From: Orbicella franksi
Taxonomy: Eukaryota
Length of the DNA: 64,000 bases
Assembly (NCBI GenBank): GCA_964199315.1
Contig: OZ116703.1
Span: 26,908,001-26,972,000, forward strand
Direction: 5' to 3'
How positions within the stretch are numbered: the stretch's first letter is position 1; every line of letters starts with the position of its first letter. This document shows positions 58,701 to 64,000 of this stretch, one piece after another. Made by a program: the position numbers and the translations under genes. The notes under the pieces were generated by a model. That model did no database searches. It saw only the letters and a list, made by a program, of their open reading frames with translations, and was not told where the DNA came from.

Positions 58701-61700
58701 TAAGTAACAAATTACATTGCACAGTCTTAAAACTTTAATGCAGCTCTTAGCCCCTACCTCACATTGACCATATCTGCAGGATTTCCTACGATTCCACCCA
58801 GGAAACCTGTTAACAATATGAAAAAAGACCATTTATACACTTGTCTCACAATATTGAAAGTAAGTACACCTAGGTTCAATCCAGACAGGAAGCTTAATAT
58901 AGATGCGTTTAACTCAAACATTTATATAATTTATATTGAGATTATTATCAAAGGAAAGTACAAAATATAGGTAAACCAAAATACCTCTGCTGAAACGAAA
59001 GTATGAAAAACCTTCCCACGCTTTCAATTTTAATTTGTTGAGACTTTTCCTTTGTCATGTTTAACATTATTGCTGGCTACTCACCAGATACTGCTCCTAT
59101 AGCAATTTTCTGGTAAAATGGTAGTGGCTCTAAAAACAAACAAAATGAACAATTTAAGAGAAAATATACATGATACGATTGATTGCTCTCTACTCTACAC
59201 TTGTCACTAGTGGCATTAATTTTCAGTTTAAACATAAACTTGTTCTGTTATTTACTACAATTATCAGTTGAGTAAGGCACAACAAAAGTTTGGTCACCAT
59301 GTTTTAACGTGAAAGTCGTGTTGTTGTCACGGGCAACTGGCTTTGTTTCCAGTGGCAACTTGTCGGCCTTTGACGTCATTGGCAGCAAAGCACGCGAAAT
59401 TGTACATGACGCATGGCTGTTGATATTGCTACCAATAGAAACGAGGTAAGTTGCCTGTGACAACACGGTAATTTTAAGGCCGAAACTTCGTCACCAAACT
59501 TCTGTTGTGCCTTACTCAACTGATAATGGTAGTAAAGATTCCTTCCCAAGTAGTTAAATCTAAACTAAGTGTTAGAGCAGTTTTCAATTGATTGTTAAAC
59601 TAAAACCAAACCAACTACTTACCAATTAGACTACTCAACCAATCTCAAATCATAATAAAACCAAAGTAATTGCCTAATACTTTTGCCACTCAATTGAAAA
59701 TGGCTCTAATCAACATGTACTGGTTGTAATAATTAATAATTATTGCATCAGAAATATAACTGATAGCTAAGCATCTTATGCAACATTGTGTCTCTCAGTA
59801 CAACTTGATTCCCCAGCTGTGTCTGCATGCACCCTTTTACCTTAGTGGCAAGTAGAAGGCAGACATAAACTGTTCAAGTAGCTCGACGGTACACATTTCA
59901 TAGCATTCAGTTTTTAAATTAAACACAATTACAAATAACTGTTATTTGGCTATACAAATTGTAATACAACAAAATTTGTATAAGATATTACCATATAACA
60001 CTGAGTGAGGTACATGTATATTCCAAACTGCCATGATCTAAATGGCCTGATTCAAATTTTATTCAATCCTTTATTTGAATTTTACATTAAATTTTTGAAA
60101 ATCCTCATAAAATTCTTACTAATTCTTACCATCTCCTTTCCTTAATTCTCCTGATACCACTTCATATAATCCATAACGTGTTGTAGAATATGTAAGCTGA
60201 AAAATATACCAAGAAGATCCTCTATAACAGCTTTTTAAACTAACTTTTTGTTGTGATCATGTAACTCTTATTACACTCTTTATTTCCGACAATGGGGTAT
60301 GCATGTACAAAACAGTTATGTTTCATGTACATGTAGATGGTGCACTCATAACAAAATGGTACATATTAGTGAACATGTTGGCACCCCCAATTGACCGTGA
60401 CTGACTGTCCCCTGAATTTTGAATCCACCTGGCTTTTTGCCATTACTCAGACTTATTATTTAATAAAATGCTGCCAACAGAAACTGAAACAGACAGAAAT
60501 CAAAGAGGCACAACTATGTGTACACAGATTATCACTGTTGATGGAAAAGAAAGACACAGACTGACAGACAACAGATTACTTAAACACCCTTGTCTACATT
60601 TGTAAGCTTTTACAAGACACACCTACTTTTACTAGTTATGGAATTGAAGGTCTTAAATTGATTGATAGCACTGTGAATGGTTGTTTACCAGGAAATTAAG
60701 CTATACATATGTGCCATGTACTTTTTAGAAGATGTGTATCATTGAAGAAAGGGTGTATAATGAGCTAATGATATTGAAATCTATGGAGTAGGCTGATGTT
60801 GAGCAACAGTTTTTTTCCATTTGTACACTCCCTTTCGTATGCAATATCATACATAAGATTGCAAATTTATCTGATAGTTAGCCAGTAAGTTCTGCTGATA
60901 ATAATTATGGTGACCTGCACATCTACGTACCTGTCTCATAAGAGAAGCTGATAGCCCATTATAGAGTGCCAGAACACCCTGTGTCCGTACAACATGAACC
61001 GCCATGGATGATAGCCTCTGTGTAACTTGTTGCTGCGTTTGTAGATGAACCTGAAAGAGAAAGAGAAAGAAATGTAGAGGCGCTTCAAAAGAAAATGAAC
61101 TAACAGTAGTTAAGCAAAAAGGAGAACAATAGACATAATAGGACAAAGACGAAACATTTAGACAAAAATTACTTCTCTGCTACTTCAATGCACCAAATAT
61201 AGACACCAAACTATGCTCATGAACTTTAGGTCAATATGTATTTCAAAGATAATTATAAATTAAATCCTGAACAAGACCTTCCTCAGGCCAAAACAATTGT
61301 ACATGTACGGTTGTACATAATAGAGAACTTGGAATGAAAACAACATACGGATTTTGACGACTTGCCAGAAGTTTTCATACATAACCGTGGACGGGTTTTA
61401 GCCGAAATAGTAAAAAATTAACACTTTTTCAGAAGAACATTAACATCAATATTCGCGGTCCGATCGCAAAAAGTAAAACAAAACAAAGCAATTTCGATGT
61501 GAGTCGATCGTTGAGCAATATATAACCCATTGAACAATATGCAGCTGGGCTATCAATGAAAAGAGCAGTATTTATTTGTACCTCCAGTTTTAACAAGGCC
61601 AGCGAATATCTTAAACGATTTAAGATGTGTCGCGCAAAATTTCATTGTTGCAAAAAGACTAGAAAGGATTTCTGAAATTCACGTTTTAAGCCACTGAAAA

Positions 61701-62019
61701 AACTGTAACATCGTTAATTAACTTGAAAAAACACACGCACGATGGAGGCGATGTTTTCACGTTTACAGTTTATCCAAGCCTTTTTCACCCAAACTTAAGT
61801 AAGTTCGATCCATTAGACAAACTGGCGAAAGCGAAGACCAATGCAATTTCCACGCCTTGCAATTGTGTCAAGTGATGGTGATACCTTCAGGAGATCCAAC
61901 GGATGTGTACAACAGGCTGCCATAGCCGAAGCAAAGCCTCCAAGGTACCATCTGTGTTTTTTAGCCGTCACTTTAACAGCTCCAGAGGCTTTAACTCTCT
62001 CTTTTACTTGAATTGACAT
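55785..62019 (-). CDS. SLC25A10: Mitochondrial dicarboxylate carrier, 13 exons, 302 aa
   Basis: Exons 62019-61885, 61050-60931, 60196-60130, 59129-59085, 58806-58758, 58505-58461, 58296-58253, 58092-58022, 57480-57437, 56912-56864, 56608-56528, 56416-56360, 55886-55785. RWYLGGFASAMAACCTHPLDLLKVHLQTQ; GNPADMVNVRMQND; QPVDVMKTRLM; GFIPAWVRLAPHTILTWIFLEQLR. Confidence 0.95.
56160..56340. mobile_element. Degraded MITE
   Basis: Inverted TTTCTATCGAGTTATAGAAAC / TTTCTCTATAACTTGATATAAA and terminal ATAGAAAA / TTTTCTAT. Confidence 0.5.
59251..59536. mobile_element. MITE in SLC25A10 intron
   Basis: ~45-bp TIRs TTTACTACAATTATCAGTTGAGTAAGGCACAACA / TGTTGTGCCTTACTCAACTGATAATGGTAGTAAA. Confidence 0.8.
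59572..59709. mobile_element. MITE
   Basis: TIRs TTAGAGCAGTTTTCAATTGA / TCAATTGAAAATGGCTCTAA. Confidence 0.65.
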
Positions 62020-64000
62020 TTTCTCGTCGAAGAACTGAATGAACTGCCCTTGGTCACATCAGATAGGACGTGTTTGTCACATCGTCTCGCCATCGAATCT
62101 CTGGAACGTGTGCTTGGTCTCGTGCTCAGTAATGTCGCCTGGTTACTAAGCATCCGGGAAAACTCTTGACGTCATTAGTTTCGTCTTTACGTGCACTGAC
62201 TCGACAAAACATGCAGGAAAGGGCATTAAACCCCGGGAAAACTCTTTTGTATTTTTATATTGTACCGTGACGTAAATTCCAATCATGTTTGCCCTTCCGT
62301 GACACATTTTCTTACGTTGACTAAAGAACCTGTGCACATGCACGAGCTGCATTTTCAAGATGCTGGAGAGAATCTTCGAATATTCAAGGAGAAAATCCAA
62401 AGTGGACCGGATTATCAACAGTTTTACAGTTCAAGTGAGTTAAAATATACGTATATAACCCCTCACTTCTTTTCTCATTCTTTTCCCTCTTTTTCTGTTT
62501 TTATTTTATTCACTTTTTCCTAACTTTCTATTTTTCTATTCATTAATACAAAAAAAAGACATTTGTAACTATTAATAGACTGGTACGCCTAGACTAGCAC
62601 TAGTTATCCGTGGGGCAGTCCAACTGTTACGTGTAAATTAAGAAATAAAAAATGATTGATTGATTGATTGATTTAATTTATCAGGAACTGGAAATTTGTC
62701 GATTTGACCTACTAATCAATGGGAGTACCGCTGATCACAGACGGTAGTTGAGCTATGAAATTGACAGTACCTCTCTGCTTGCATAAAAATTACGGAGCGG
62801 TAACCGAGAAAAATGGCATTAGTTCACCTCAATTTGTTTACGTTATATTTCGCTGAGAATTACTACTAAGGGTATGCTTGATTGACCTTGTATAGTTGTA
62901 ATAATAATAGCTTTTTTTTTTCGGCGGTAGCCAGAAAAAAAAAATATGACTGAGGTAATGTCCATAGCTTAATTCTCTTCCTAGGTGTTTAGGGTGTTTA
63001 TGATCATCATTAATTTCATGAAGTGTTAATTTGCTATAATAAGGTAGCCGCATGACGCGGGACGGGACATCATAACGTGATGCGTGATTTGCTATTTTAC
63101 AAGCTCGTGAATCGTGATTTACCAATTAGATTTCCGTGATAAGTGAACGTTCTTTGAACTAGAAGGATAGCATTCATTCAAAGTGAATAGTAAATAGAGT
63201 CTTAAAAAAGATCATTAAATCGTCGCAGACGTGGCATCATTTTCTGGTCTTTTTCGTCCATTTCTTGACCTCTGATGTTTTTGATCTTCCAGAATGTCAC
63301 GGTACTATAGGTCCAAACAATTGTGATACAAATTATAGGAATAAGTCAATTGAAAAGAGTTAAACTTTGCCCAAGGACTATGAGCTTCAGTGTTATTTTT
63401 GTCCGTTTTGTCGACGGATCATTTTTGGCAGTGCATCAGTCGAAGGGAATATGACACCGAATCCGGCTATCATATAAGGTCTGGACGATTTTCGTCCAAA
63501 AGGGCTGAATGATAACACACGTTAGAGTTTGGTGTCATTTTATACCGCTCGAGAAGACAGTTGTGTAAGCAACTGGAGACTACACAAAGATAACGTTTGT
63601 GCACCACTTAATAATGGTCGTCATAAAGACCTAACTGCGGAATTCAAAAGCCACGTTATATCCTTTACAGACATAAAAGCGTTGCCGCACAGAAAAGGAT
63701 TTGCAGGTGTAAAGCTTTGACACAAATTAGAACATGCATGGCAAAGGTGGCATAGACGTCTTCTAAATTCGTATAAAAGATCTCTGCCAACTGAGACTGT
63801 GAACAGGCTCCCGATTGTGTTATCGGGGACTAATAAAAATGTTTAACAAAAGGAGCGGCTTGTCGTTGTACACCTTAGATCTGGATGTCATGAATTTCCT
63901 TTCAGGTATGCAAATCACATACCCTGGTATTCGATTTAACAAATCGAATGTGGTTTAGCGCGGTCTGTACTCCTATCGACAACGATACGCGTCATCACAG

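Noticed and set aside
1-64000. CRISPR arrays, rRNA, bona fide tRNA genes, prokaryotic operons
   Set aside because: None seen; tRNA-like segments are degraded SINE heads and the locus is eukaryotic

Overview
AT-rich, intron-containing animal genomic DNA. The repeat families and gene content suggest an anthozoan or stony coral; this is my inference. I assembled exon chains by hand, checking GT-AG boundaries and codon phase. Seven multi-exon genes: a 5'-partial cyclic-nucleotide-binding-domain gene (+), a 2-exon candidate BH3-only pro-apoptotic gene (-), an SRSF4/5/6-type splicing factor with a candidate poison exon (+), LAMTOR2 (-), a BAR-RhoGAP of the RICH/ARHGAP17/44 family (-), a 903-aa single-pass membrane protein whose tail is packed with signalling motifs (+), and SLC25A10 (-). 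An intact, intronless CDADC1-like double deaminase is nested antisense in the last intron of the first gene. Introns carry many MITEs, tRNA-SINE and L2 fragments, a Kolobok-like element, and a 5'-inverted Penelope-like retroelement with minimal hammerhead motifs. The strongest novelty candidates are the BH3-only gene, the PAG/Cbp-like membrane adaptor, the nested CDADC1 and the SR poison exon. No database searches were run; family calls come from recalled motifs.
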